Source of the DNA: Hormiphora californensis
Lineage: Eukaryota; Animalia; Ctenophora
Assembly: GCA_020137815.1 (NCBI GenBank)
Contig: CM035354.1
Span: 5,146,001-5,210,000 of the forward strand
Reading direction: 5' to 3'
Length of the DNA stretch: 64,000 nt
The stretch's first letter is position 1, and each line of letters opens with the position of its first letter. This document shows positions 27,986 to 41,718 of the stretch, in pieces. Below the pieces are notes generated by a model. It was not told where the DNA came from, ran no database searches, and saw nothing but the letters and a program-made list of their open reading frames with translations. Position numbers and translations under genes: made by a program.

Positions 27986-30900
27986 GTTGGTGATCTGGTT
28001 AGCATCATTGACATGCCCCACCCCTCTGAATCTCCCTGGTGGAGGGGCAAACATTCCAATCGAGTAAGTGAAATTAGTAACTAATTAGTAACCATGGTAA
28101 CCACTAGACCACTAATTAGTAACCATGGTAACCACTAGACCACTTATTAGTAACCATGGTAATCACTATACCATTAGTTAGTAACCATGGTAACCACTAG
28201 TTAGTAACCATGGTAACCACTAGACCACTAATTAGTAACCCCTTGGTTACTCCCCCAGGTGGGCTTCTTCCCCTCTACATGTGTTGAGGTGATACCTGGA
28301 TCTGAGAACAGGAAACCCAGCAAAGCAATAACCACCACTGCAACCACCATAACTGTCACAACCACTGATCCCACGGGTGACGGGGCCCGCAAGAAGAGGA
28401 ATCTGAAGGGAAGGCTTGCTGTCTTATTTGCGAGCAGACCGGAGAGAGATTCTCTACGGCAAAAAGGTGTGAGGAGCTTTTGTTTCTCGATAACATATTC
28501 ATAGGGTAAACCGGGGCAAAATGGTTAACTTTTTACTTAATCGGTTCTCACTCCCATTTAAAAAAAGATACAATGAAAAAAATTATATAGGATTAAAGTT
28601 CATTATTTTATCTTTCAAATAAGATAAATGTCAACTATAGGGACCATCATTTACTTAACTAAATAACTAATTGAAAAATTTTGGTCGGAAAAATTGGTAC
28701 CGGGGCAATTCGAGCATCACCAATAGGAGTGCTTTATTTCGTCACGTGGGAGTCACGTGAACGTCCTCACAACACCAGAAGAAGATTCCCGCCTGGTGTT
28801 GTTAGAGGTGGGGGCAATTCGAACAATGTAATCTACACGCAATCTAAACGCTGGTCGTTCTTGCTCGAATTGCCCCGGTATCACGCGTGATCACGTGGTG
28901 CAAAGAACTGCACATCATTGGCCCGGGAGTTAACCAAATTGCCCCGGTGTGTTAACCAAATTGCCCATGTTCGAATTGCCCCGGTTGTTCGAATTGCCCC
29001 GGTAATCTTAATTTACCAGAATTTGGAATGAAAACATGCGAATATTTAAATAATTTTTATACCATCTGAAAGCTGATATTATTAGCTTTCAGCTGGTTTT
29101 TTCAAATCAGAAATTGACCAACTTAAACCGGATCTAGAGCCTATTTAGTGGTAACGGGCAGGCTCGAACGAGCAGTTTTCTTCTGGAGATAGGATGACGT
29201 CATTATGATAGCTTAACTAGGTGAGAGACGGGTAGTACTATGTTCGAATTGCCCCAGTTGTTCGAATTGCCCCGGTTTACCCTATATCTCAATTTTCCAT
29301 AATTTCTTCTTGCAGTCAGTCTATTTCCTGTATTTTACTCCTCTTCACCCCCCCCCCCTTGCCAGGTATTCTCCGGGGGAGAGTGTTTGGTGCCCATCTC
29401 TCTGAGCTGCTTCACGACTCAGATCGCAAGGTACCCCTCATTGTAGAGGTCTGCTGTAAAACCTTGGAAGCTCACGGTGTCGTGGAGGGGATATATAGGA
29501 AGTCGGGTATTAACAGCAACATACAGAAACTTAGGTGAGAATTTAGATGGCTGATGAATGAGACTGCTTGAGATCTTGAATGTTATTTATTTGCCGGATA
29601 CTTCCAATGGAGAAATTACTAGGAAAACTTGGTGAAAGGTGTAGTGTTTGGTCGCCGTAATACCTCTCCAAATATGCAGCAAATATTTCACACCTCAAGT
29701 GTACATATCGAAATATTAGTGTACATAGCTGTATAATGAAACGAATTATTAAACTCTCACCTTCGTAGTGGGTGCCAAATTGTTAATTACAGCCCCACTA
29801 AATTACAGGCAAGAGTTCGATAGTGAGGCCCCGCCCAGTAGTATAAACGAAGAACGGTACATGAACGATATTCACTGTGTCGCATCGCTCTGTAAAATGT
29901 ATTTTAGGGAACTACCTGACCCCCTTCTAACGTATCAGTTATACGACAGTTTTGCAGTGAGTTATTATATTGCCCATGGCTAGTTTCAAACTGTCCATTG
30001 CTGTTTTATTAGTTCGTACTTTTGAAACTCTATACCACTCCTCACCACTACCCCACCAACAGGAAGCGGTGTCATTTGATAGCCAAGAACTCCGACTAGA
30101 GGCGACACGGAAGGTCGTCCGACAACTCCCTCCCTTTCATTACAGTACCCTTTCCTTTCTCTCCCAGCATCTAAACGTTATAGCCAGGTCTTCAGCTCAA
30201 CACGGCATGCACTCTAGGAATCTAGCTCTCGTTTGGGCACCAAACCTTCTCAAGTTAGTACATACATTTATGGGTCGTGTTCATGCTGTGTTCTTCAACT
30301 CTGTTTCCAGTTTCCTTTTAATGTTCTCACCCTACCTTTCGTGTTGAGTAACTCTACAACACTTTTCAGACCTGTGGAATGTGAAAGTGACGCTTCCGCT
30401 TTCACAGCTATCAAAATCCAGAGTGTCGTGTTACAGTTCCTGATCGACCACGCTGGACCTGTCTTCCTAGAGGAGGGAGAGGAGGAAGGGACGGAGGAGG
30501 TTGTAGAAACTGCCTCGTCATCTGTTCAACAACAACAGAGCAACAATAACGGGGCATGTAACTCACCCTTCCTGGACAGTGCATCACAGACCAGTAGCGT
30601 GCAGATAATCAGTGCTGCAGGAATGAGCGCTCACAGGAGGGCCGCCAACAGGATTATACTTACAGCAGGTAGGTTTATAGGGAGGGTACGGTGTTGTTGT
30701 TGAGGGAATCTATAGTGACTTGCTAACACAGTTTTGAGTTTACCACAGTAACCAGGCCATCTTTATTTTATCTCACACACAGGTTACCATGGTAACCATC
30801 TTTATTCACACTCTCACTGTGTTATAGGAGGCGGTGTAGATCAGGAGGAGGGTGAGACTGAGACTGAGGAGGAGGTGGTATCTGACGTCATTAGGAACAG

Positions 30901-32646
30901 GGCCACCTCTGACGTCACTAACATCTCCACCGCCAAATATCAGTACCTTATGAAGGTGAGTTGTGTGAACAAACCTATTTGTTTTTAGTACCCCAGTAAC
31001 TCAAGCACTTGGTTTGATCAAACTGTGATCTTGCCCGGCTTTCTTTTTTTAAATATTTAGAGCCTATGAACGATATAATTATATCCATTCCCAACTAACC
31101 AATGTTTTCTGTAGATCCCCCTAATGGAGTTAGGGGAGGCCCAGAGAGCTCACTCAGTAAAGGAAGAGGAACTAGTGGAGAGAACTCGACCTGGATTCTT
31201 CAAGAGACGTCACAAGAAGAACAAGAGGCACTCTGGACATGTCGATGGATCTCCCCCGTAAGAAATATTTTCGATCAATTACAGAAACACTGAAAGAACC
31301 TCGAGATTAGCTCTACTAACTACCTTCCCTCTACTAACTACCTTCCCTCCCCTAGACACTGGACAAAGAGTTTCTTTGGCCTGTCCTCCAAACTCCGCCT
31401 CCACACGGGCAGATCAGGGGCTGTTCGTCCTGTCATCAGTGGGCCATGTGGTTTCGTCTCGGACCCATACTCCACTGTGATTGGTGGGAATCAACAAAAT
31501 ACCCCTGGGACACCAGCCTCTGCAGGATTAGCAGGGGGATCATCAAGTTGTATCAGTAGTGCTGGTAGCAGTGCTTTCAATAGTGTCCTCCTTCTTGGCA
31601 ACCAGTGAGTAACAGTGTAATTAGTAGTTTAATTGTAGTAGCAGTAGTGTTGATTGAGTTGTTAAGTTGGATTCCCCTGACGCCTCTTTTCGTCATGATA
31701 CTAGGCTGTGATAACTAACGGGCCGATTACACAATGCATTTCTATCTCCCTAATAATAAAATCTCTATAGTTTTATTATCCAGTACAATTCCCATTGACT
31801 GAAACCCATTCTACAGGGTTGGTAGCGCCGAGGAGTCATTCGATAAATCGGAGTTTGTAGCAGAGTGGTGTAGTGACGCAATACGGCAATTCCTCAGTGG
31901 CAAATCTATCACACAAATACAAAATAACAGCAACACAAATGCTGTCACCGATCGATCGGTAAGTATTAATCTGTGTGTATATTAGGAAATTATTGACTGA
32001 CTGACGAACTAATATACTGACTGACTGACTTTAGGGACGAAAGATAGCAAAGTTTGACGATCCGCTCTACAGACGACAGAGATTCATGCTTTCTTCACGA
32101 AAAATGGAACGGCCAGTAATTACCCCTCCCCCTGGTGACAAACCAACTGACAAACCAACTACTGACAAATCACTTCACAAACCAATTACTGACAAACCAA
32201 TTACTAATGACAAAGGTGATCAAACGGATAACAAAGATCACAAGATGGCTGACGGAAAAGATTTAAAGTTGGACGCTGAAAAACCGTCTACAAGTGGCCA
32301 ACCGAAGAAGAGAGAGAAATCAGAGAAACGATTGAAACGTGAAAGTTCCCGAGGAGAAAAAAGGAAGAAAAGTCGAAGAGAAAGATCAACTGGAGAAAAG
32401 GAGGATAGAGGAGGAAAGGGGAAGGAGAGACGGAGTCGTAGGTCAAGGGAGAAGAAAGAAGAAAAGTCGGACAAAAAACAGCAAGATGACGTCACTAAGA
32501 CAGAAACAGATCCTGGAGTTAGTGACAATGTACCTACTGCTAGTGACAATGTACCTACTGCAAGTGCAACTGGAAGTGCCCCTACTGCAAGTGCAACCGG
32601 CACTGCACAGAGCGATTCTGACGATACTCTTGTGTTGGAAGCTTAG
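27986..32646 (+). CDS. SH3 + RhoGAP protein, ARHGAP32/33-like; 5' exons not resolved
   Basis: [23 protein letters not shown]|[12 protein letters not shown]; VFG...[18 protein letters not shown]; [26 protein letters not shown]; [15 protein letters not shown]; phase-consistent exons to the stop at 32646. Confidence 0.88.
28080..28250. repeat. About 30-bp minisatellite with GTAACCATGGTAAC core
   Basis: TTAGTAACCATGGTAACCACTAGACCACTAA repeated about five times, intronic. Confidence 0.85.
28504..29282. mobile_element. TA-flanked non-autonomous TIR element
   Basis: TA|GGGTAAACCGGGGCAA ... TTGCCCCGGTTTACCC|TA; many internal TTCGAATTGCCCC subterminal repeats. Confidence 0.85.
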
Positions 32647-33623
32647 ACTCTTACACTTGAGACACTTTTAATTTAGTAGAATATGACGGTGTTTAGCCCA
32701 CTGACAATGAATTATAACTAGACTCTAGAGCTATTTAGAGATGGATGATTTGTTTCAATTCCAACAACAGAACAACTTGCTCTTACTGACTACAATTACT
32801 GTCAACTGACAAAAACCACTGTTTTACCGAACCAATAATAAGTGCAATAACTCACTTTCATTAACGTTTAACCGCCCTTATATTTTAAGAGTGTTACTAG
32901 CACAACAACGGATGGCTCGAAGGAGAGATTAGATAATATTCTTAGAAGTAAATCCCTACCCAACAAACGAAAACACATAACCGAACCCATCACCTCCCAT
33001 TTCAAAGGTTTGTTATGTTCTTTGTTTTGGAGACTATTCATTCGTGTAAACTAAGTTGATTTTATTTATTATAATTTACAAATTATGATGGAGATTTTAA
33101 CAACATCTCCCTATCTACAGGAAGCATTACACACAGCCTCATCACATCGGATCATTCCTGCCAGCCGGAACCAAGGCAACTAAAGATTCCACGTCGCCCC
33201 CTCTCTTGTGTGAGCTGTCCCGAGAACGCCACAACCCGCCAATCAAGATCAGACTCACTCCTAAATAATAAGTTTCGTAGTTCCCTTAACATAGAACACA
33301 GGACTAGCAACTCTATAATCGTATGAGACAATGTTAGTACATTTGTGTTAGTACATTTGTGTGTAATTACTGTTTTGTACTTGTAGAGAGAGAGAGAGAG
33401 AGAGAGAGAAAGATGTGTGGTCACTATGATCGAGTATTTATTTGAGTTTAGTGTGTGCTGGGGTAAATCTTAACAAAGCAAAATATGTGTGTGTTCGTTG
33501 ATGAGAAATGGTCAGAATCTAGAAATTCTAGATAAAATTCTAGTGTAATTATGAGATCTTAACTCGTTGACCCAATACGAGGCTGTGTTAGTAAACGTTT
33601 GGCGAAATTAAAAGTAGAGACTA

Positions 33624-33846
33624 AAGTCGGATTTTTTGAAACTGTCACCCCCCTAGGTATTTTCAAATTTCGTAAATGACCATAAATCCAGTTCCTGACG
33701 AGATAGAGACTTGAAATTTGGAGGTTACGAAGATCTTGCTAAGTTCTTCCGAACCTCCAAATTTCAAGTCTCTATCTTATCAGGAACCGGAGATATGGCA
33801 AATTTTGTTATTTCAGGGGGGTGACAGTTTCAAAAAATCCGACTTT
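33624..33846. mobile_element. MITE, same family as 16322-16543
   Basis: TA|AAGTCGGATTTTTTGAAACTGTCACCCCCC...GGGGGGTGACAGTTTCAAAAAATCCGACTT|TA. Confidence 0.9.
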
Positions 33847-34780
33847 ACTATCATTATGTAGACGTGTTTGTCTGTTTCTGTGTGACTGTTGAGTCGATCA
33901 GTGTCACTGTCAGTTGTTGCTGTTTTGTATAAACTTAGTTAAAGACGCTGGGGCGGTGACAATACTAAAATTAACCCTTTTAATTGTGTCTATATGTGAG
34001 AATTTATTTCATTCCACAAAAAGTTTCTGTTTTTTTCTACAAACTTACCAAGAAATACATTTTAACGGCTGGCGCGGGTATTTTCTTAATACGTTGCGGT
34101 GCGCAAATCCATTCTTTGTGAAACTGGCCGCGCGGCGCAGAACAGTGCAAGCTCAGTTCTAAAATTGGGAGCTCAGTTCAAAAATTTAAAGTTGAAACTG
34201 ACCGAAAAAGGTTTATTTGCGTGACCACTCCTTACTCCCCTCGGCCCTCCTAAACTAAGTGTACCAGAGCGATAGTCAGTGACCTGAATCACTGTTAATG
34301 TGTACGTTGTAACCTGCAAATGATATTTATTCTTCTTAGATTTGTCGGCCAGCGGTTCGATGGTTTTTTGAAAAAACTTTTTTCTCTTAACAGTGTGTCC
34401 TTGACAGAAACTTAATTAAGCTTGTTATTAATCATCAAATTAGTAAAACTATGTAAATGATATAATGCTTTCTAAGCCATCATAATTTAAACGGTTCTAA
34501 AGGTGGGAAGTAACACTTCCGTTATCCTAGCTGAAGGCTGAAGCAAACTTCTGCATTTGTATAATGTTTCTTTGGTTAACAAGATTAAATGAGTCAGCCA
34601 ATTGTTTTAAAAAACGCGATTTCTTTAGCCTTCTGACTTATCATCATATGACTGATCTATAATACGTGTTACGCTTTTAGCTCTTATCACATTATATAAT
34701 CTCAAAACTTAAACTTGCTGATAGATAATCTGTAACATGATGCCCCTAACTCCTAAATTCCACTGTTATAGAAAGGGGCC

Positions 34781-36558
34781 ATGACTACGCTACTTGCGAT
34801 TAACCCCCCGACGGAGCTAACTTTCCAGGGCCCCTTCGTGGAGGTTGTTACCTCTATCCTCTCACTGACTAACACTACCGACTCAAAGGTAAATTTCAAT
34901 TTGGAATTCTTCCTCGTTGTAAATCTTGAAAATCTTGTGAATTGCTATAGTATGTAGAAAACATGTTTTTCAAATCTTTACATCCTCTTTACTAAAATTA
35001 ATCCCCATAGTAAGGTGATTTAACTAAAATTTAAGCCTCAACCAGAAAAAAATTTGTGACAAAGGATTTCCACCTCAAACGTACTCCTAAGGGTCCCCTC
35101 TAACGATCCCAACCAATGCTCAAATTGAGCAGAAGGTGCAAAGGCCTCATTTCCGGGTGGGCGTGGTACCTGTGTTTTCAGCCTGAGGCCAAAACCATAA
35201 GTACCCTTAAAATAGGAGTAGAGAAAAAATCGAGGGCACTAGAGTGATCAGCGTCCTCGACTTAGTGGGGGTAGGTGATGGAATTAAGGCTCTATCTCAT
35301 CTGGTTAATTAGATAATTGGATAATTAGGTTTGTGCATCACCGTTTGTTGGCTATATGGCTATAGCCACTTAGGAAAGGAGTAGAGACAAAAATGAGGGC
35401 ACTAAAATGATCAGCGTCCTCGAATTAGTGGGGGTAGGTGCTAAAATTAAGTCTCTATCTCATCTGGTTAATTAGATAATTGGATAATTAGGTTTGCGCA
35501 TAACCGTTTTTTGGCTATATGGCTATAGCCACTTAGGAATGGTTTAGAGACTTTTCATTGGTGCCATTTTGTAGGCAAAGAGAAGTTATGGGGGGTCGAC
35601 GTCGGACTTTTAAGCTCTATCTTCAACTGTTTAGCCGTTAATTGGCTTTTAAGATGCTCCAAATGAGCAAAATACGGTAAAAAGGCCGTTTTTGAACACC
35701 GTTAAAGCCAAATAACGGCTAAACGGTTGAAGATAGAGCTTAAAAGTCCGACGTCGACCCCCCATAACTTCTCTTTGCCTACAAAATGGCACCAATGAAA
35801 AGTCTCTAAACCATTCCTAAGTGGCTATAGCCATATAGCCAAAAAACGGTTATGCGCAAACCTAATTATCCAATTATCTAATTAACCAGATGAGATAGAG
35901 ACTTAATTTTAGCACCTACCCCCACTAATTCGAGGACGCTGATCATTTTAGTGCCCTCGATTTTTTCTCTACTCCTATTTTAAGGGTACTTATGGTTTTG
36001 GCCTCAGGCTGAAAACACAGGTACCACGCCCACCCGGAAATGAGGCCTTTGCACCCCTGAGCAAATATGAGCATTGGTTAGAATCGATAGAGGGGACCCT
36101 TAGGAGTACGTTTCAGGTGGAAATCCTTTGTCACAAATTTTTTTCTGGTTCTCCTGGCTTATCACCTTACTACCAGGTATGCTTCAAAGTAAAAACGACA
36201 GCACCCCGTCGGTACTGTGTGCGGCCTAACAGTGGGGTTATAGACCCGAAAGAGACCATGGAGGTGCAGATTATGTTGCAGCCCTTCTCTTATGATCCAA
36301 ACGAGAAGAATAACCACAAGTTCATGGTGCAATCTACGGTAAGTGGGTTTGTGATGTTTCTCTCTCTCCTTCCCTTATTACATATTTCTTGGTAAATGTG
36401 TCTAGATCTTCGTGTATATAATGCAATAAATACATTGCTTCCATTGGGTAGTGTTGTGTAATTAGTAACTATCATTGGGTAGTGTAAAGTGCTGTGTTAT
36501 TAGTAACTTTCACTCCCTCTGTAATTATTAACTATCTCTCCTTCTGTATAATTAGTAA

Positions 36559-36651
<93 letters not shown>

Positions 36652-37233
36652 GTAATTAGTAACTATCTCCCTCTAGTAACTACTAACTATCTCTCTCCAC
36701 CAGGTCCTAGAGGAGGAGATGGCTGGTTTGGCAGCGGAGGAGATCTGGAAGAAAGTGAGCAGTGGAAATATTGTGGATAAGAAACTGAGATGTGTGTTTA
36801 GTCTCCCAGAGGCTGGTGCCGCTGCCCCCGCCCCAGCTGCTGCTGCTGACCCTGTCAATCCGGTTAATTCTACTTTTGTTACCAAGCCTGATACGGGATT
36901 AGGTGAGTTTTAGATTGCAGTACATGTGGCTTTCTGGCATTGAAATGTGTTAACTGTTAATTTTATGTTGTGTAATGTGTGTGTTTATTTCTTTCTTACC
37001 ACGTAATCACTATTGTTCTCTCTCTACAGCGAAACCAGTAGCCGGATCAAGTGATGTTCAGAAGTTGAAAGAACGAGTGGAAGACCTAACTAGAGAGAAC
37101 ACGAGCCTGAAAAACAGGGTGGGAGCGGCAGCTTCCCGTCAGGCACCCGCCTGTTGAACCCGCCTTCCATAATGCCGCGTACTACATTATTTTTGTGATC
37201 ATCGGATGGCTAATTGCCAAGTTTGTGATCTGA
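34781..37233 (+). CDS. VAP: VAMP-associated protein (MSP domain, coiled coil, C-terminal TM); exons 34781-34888, 36177-36338, 36704-36902, 37030-37233; +1 frameshift near 37145-37157
   Basis: [33 protein letters not shown]; tail anchor [17 protein letters not shown] lies in the +1 frame. Confidence 0.92.
35040..36150. mobile_element. Foldback-type palindromic element in VAP intron 1 with 3-bp TSD
   Basis: CTC|AACCAGAAAAAAATTTGTGACAAAGGATTTCCACCT ... AGGTGGAAATCCTTTGTCACAAATTTTTTTCTGGTT|CTC; arms pair almost to the centre; left arm has an internal duplication of about 165 bp. Confidence 0.85.
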
Positions 37234-38518
37234 AACAATTCTCTCTCTTTGACCTCTCTTGTTGAATGTAGTGTGTAGTTTAACGTTAGGGGGACCTCCC
37301 CCCCCCTCTCCCTGAGAGTTACATCCCAAGCTGGGATGCACTTCCCCCCAAATTCTCTTGTGCTTTTGATGATGATATAATCAGCTGATTTTCTCCCCCC
37401 TCCCTACACACTCCCCCCTTCCCTCCCCCGGGTTCCTATACTATATCCGAGATAATGAAATATACATCATGTTTGGTTTGACGAACGGGAAATATATAAC
37501 TTTATGTTTGTGATTTATGGAAGACAAGTAAATACTACTCATACAATAACCAGCCATTTTGATCAACAAAATTATATATTGCAATTGGGAATGAAAATAT
37601 TATAGGACATTGGAATATTTTTTCTCTCTCTAGTCGGCACATGTATATTTACAAATATATATATCTCGTGCAGATGTTAACTTTTATGCTTTTTAAATTT
37701 AGTTCTATATGATATAACTCCCCCCTGGCCTTATCCATTTGTTTTCGTGTTAAAAATGATAAGAATTCTATAATTCCCCTCCCATTTTTCCATGATTAAT
37801 ATATTCTCTCTGGCGCTCCTAGGGTACCCTAACAATGTGTATTGTGTGTGAGTGTGTGTAAACTATGTATGAAGTGTCTGAGTCCTAGAACCCAATCTAT
37901 ATAATTGAAAATGTTGAGTCTTCAACCAAGTAATGCAAATGTAAAATGTCTTTTGAGTTGAAAGAGAGAAAAGAAAACTTGTTTATCTTTGTCTATTTCC
38001 GATACAGAGTGTGCTGTCTTTTTTAGGCAGTTTGCAAAAATATACCTTTTCCTCCTTTCTCTTTCACAATACAACAAGCACAGTGTCTACTGTCTGTGTT
38101 TGCTGTCCCCTCCTCTCTCTCAAGAACAATATAATTGGCAGTGTTATAGTACACCGTGTTATACACCGCACTGTGTTCTACACCGGCATGTTTGTTTAGT
38201 GCACGGCACATGATCTCACCTACACTCACAATATGTACCTTCTCTCTCTCGCTCCAATTTCTACTATATTCTACCTGCGTTATTTTATCTTTAAATGCTT
38301 TTATCTCTTACTCACTGACGCATTCACAGAGCTGAAACACGTCACACATTTTATAATTCATCTTTCGTTTCGTAATACATCCTTTCCCTCTCTAACACAA
38401 TTCTTTCTCATTCCATTATTCAACATGATTACTCACTGTTCAGTGGTCACTGCATGACTCTCTCTCTGTACATATAACATATAACACTGCTCACAGTCCC
38501 ATTATATATAGGGTGACC

Positions 38519-39190
38519 ATGTTCCAAGAAAGACCGGACCACCGTTATATTCTAACAGCCGAGGAGTGGTACCTCATGGGCAACTGTGGGAGACATGCAG
38601 AGACAACTGGTGTAATCGCATCGTTTTTTGTAGGTGCCCTATCCTGGAGATATAGACGACCACCCATTACATCTCTACTTAAACTCAGACTATCTGCGTG
38701 TGTGGCCGGGACTATCCTGGCTTACCCCACTGCCACTGTAACTTACTTCAGTTATAACGGGTGGAAGTATCTGAAGCACCTACCAGAGAATTCAGGGTAC
38801 CGGCAGTTGCTAACAGACGCAGAACACCGCAACCAAACCACCCCTTTTAGTACTGTTAACCGGTACTTAGCCTTTGTAGAGGTGATGAGAAACAGTGCTA
38901 AGGTGGATGATAACACTGATCTAACAGAGTTGGAGGTAATGACCCCTGAACAGAAGCATGAAGTTCAGGGTAGGTTACGGTGGTTACCGGCCGATCAGTA
39001 CAGACTAATGAATAGAAGTAGGGAGTGGGCCCGGGACCAGGACTGGTATGATCCAATGGCTGAGAGGATCCGCCTTGTTCAGAAGGAAATGTTCATGAGA
39101 CGAGGGATGTTTGCAAATGAAGCGGCAATGAGGGCCCACACCCCACCACCCCTTAGAAAGGAGGAGGGGGAGGAGGAACAGGCAGACTGA
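38519..39190 (+). CDS. Single-exon membrane protein, divergent OCIA-domain-like
   Basis: YILTAEEW..MGNC, two hydrophobic segments, YLKHLPENSGYRQLL resembling the OCIA pattern (TEEE...C...KLENS); acceptor TATAG 7 nt before ATG. Confidence 0.55.
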   Translation: MFQERPDHRYILTAEEWYLMGNCGRHAETTGVIASFFVGALSWRYRRPPITSLLKLRLSACVAGTILAYPTATVTYFSYNGWKYLKHLPENSGYRQLLTDAEHRNQTTPFSTVNRYLAFVEVMRNSAKVDDNTDLTELEVMTPEQKHEVQGRLRWLPADQYRLMNRSREWARDQDWYDPMAERIRLVQKEMFMRRGMFANEAAMRAHTPPPLRKEEGEEEQAD

Positions 39191-40292
39191 GAGTTGTGAA
39201 TGTATTGATACAGGAAACACGTGACTGTTATCATGGAGCTGGCAGATAAGAGTGTGATAATTCGTTTATTTTTAAGAGATTAAGACTGGGATTTATCACG
39301 AATATATTATGCTTTCTGTGTGTAATAAAATGCCCAACAATCATCCCTCTATAACTATCTCTATAACTATCCTCTCAAGTCTCAAGATATGTGTTTGTTT
39401 GTTTGAGGAAAGGCAGAGAGAGAGCGATTGAGACAGAGGGGCCGGGGGAGAGAAAGAGAGTGAGAAAAGAGATAGGAAGAGAGAATAGGGGAGGTATTTG
39501 CTGCATCCTAAAGGGCACAACACAATGTATGGTACACTGTACACATTATGATTCCATTCCCAAGATCCACATATATGCTGCCATTACCAGTGTTAATAGA
39601 GCACTCTCTCCCCTAAACTATCTAAACTAATGGTTAGTTCCCCCTCCCCTCACTTTCCCAAAATGCGAGAAAGAAATTGTATACTCTCCTTTGAACCATT
39701 ACTACGTCAATGGGGTGTGATGCAAGAGGGCCTCTAGCACTCCCATCCTCTCCCCTCCCTAAGTGTGAGACAGTGGTACAACATATAGGGCCCTCCCCTC
39801 CCTTACCCTGCATCATGTACATGTTTGAGTCGCTTGACACTGTTTTCGTGCTCCGGAAAGAAACGAAACTATGAACAATTCAAGTACATGTAGCAATCAC
39901 TGAGCCCCGGATTTCCTGTCAACATATATATTTTGTACAACATTTCTTCCATCCCTCACCACCCTCTAACATGTAGGGTGTGATCCTTGCACTTTTTGGT
40001 GTTCCCTCCCATCCTGCCTCGTAACAGCTACTGAGCTAGCTTATATTCCAGATGAGACACTCCCTTCTTTTTACCTTTTCTCTTCTCTTTCTGCCTCTCA
40101 ACATCTGATATTATATAACAAGACACTTCCTCTATATATCTGATATATAACAAGGCACTTCCTGTTATTTATGTGGTTACACTATTTTTCAATCCTTGGC
40201 CACTTTTTTATGCTAGCCGGTCTTAGTTTTGTGTAAGCGTTACTCCTTCTATCTTTTTTCTCACACTCTCTCTCTCTCTCTTTCTCTTTCTC

Positions 40293-40327
<35 letters not shown>

Positions 40328-40504
40328 TTCAAAATTTCCACTGTCGAATACTTACAGTTTATTGAGGACAGAATAAGAATTCTAAGTATTGTACAGTACT
40401 AAATTGCTAGTGTACTAACACTCAATTCAAATACTTATATAAAGACGCCAGCGAGTGAGACAGGAAAAGACAAGTTAGTGTGGGCGGTGTTTATTGCACG
40501 CACA

Positions 40505-40599
<95 letters not shown>

Positions 40600-41544
40600 T
40601 CTCTCTCTACCTCCCTCTTCCTCGTTCCCACTACAAAATGCAGCTCTTCCTCTGCAAGATCATAAGATATCCCCGCATACAAATTCTTTAATTACTGCTC
40701 TCCGTGTAAGAATGCTACACAAAAATATTCTAGAAGAGACAACTCCTGTCTCTAAGAAATTTGTCCTTCAGAAAAACTATTATCTCGACCTTAGATTTAT
40801 ATTCGCTTGGTAATTCCATCGCGTCGGTCACCACAGTCAATGATGCAGTGGTGTAGTGGAGCCTAGGTATACACTAGCCAACAAGTTTCACAAGATAGAG
40901 CTGCCCCTGCCTGACATTCATTTTAGGGCCACAAACCATTAGGTCGTGTGTAATAAAGTAACGGCCGCTATTTGTGCAATTACTCTCTCTCTCCCTCTCT
41001 ATCACTCCCTCACACCTTCCCCGCTCTAAATTCTCTCCTTAGTTCACTTCGACAGGTTACATCATATTTGGTCTGGGAGGGCCAGGGTCTCTGTACCAGG
41101 GGACTACTAACTGGAATATGTTACCGATAGCTACCCCCCCCCCCTTGTTATGTTCTAACCCTCCTTTACATGATTTGTTTCGCCGTGTGGGACGCGGTGA
41201 CACAGGGTCGAGCAAGACAAGCCCCCCCCCCCTCCTCAGAACATTTTGGTACCAAGGGATTATAGCTTGTTATTTTCTAGCGCGGTGTGAGAGGGTCGAG
41301 TAAGGGATATCCTGTTACCTACCAAGTTTGTGGTGATAATTGTCTCTGAACAAGACACATCTGGCAGGGAATTATTTCTATTCCAGTCTGTCTGTCGGTC
41401 AGTCTCCCTTTCTCTCTCTCCCAATCCTAACTAATGTCCACTCTCCCGTGTGAGACAGACAGAGAGAGATAGATAATAACCGTACCGAAGTAGACACGAC
41501 TATTACATCTGCGGCACTGTGATGAGACTCATTATATTACTGGA

Positions 41545-41718
41545 CACTCCCATAATAGTAGCAGCAACACTAACTTACAACACTCCCATAATAGTAGTAG
41601 CAACACTAACTTACAACACTCCCATAATAGTAGTAGCAACACTAACTTACAACACTCCCATAATAGTAGTAGCAACACTAACTTACACCATAATAATAGT
41701 AGTAGTAACACTAACTTC
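41545..41718. repeat. 36-bp minisatellite
   Basis: CACTCCCATAATAGTAGTAGCAACACTAACTTACAA repeated about 4.5 times. Confidence 0.9.

Noticed and set aside
41545-41718. 36-bp CRISPR-like repeat or coding repeat ORF
   Set aside because: Head-to-tail minisatellite without unique spacers
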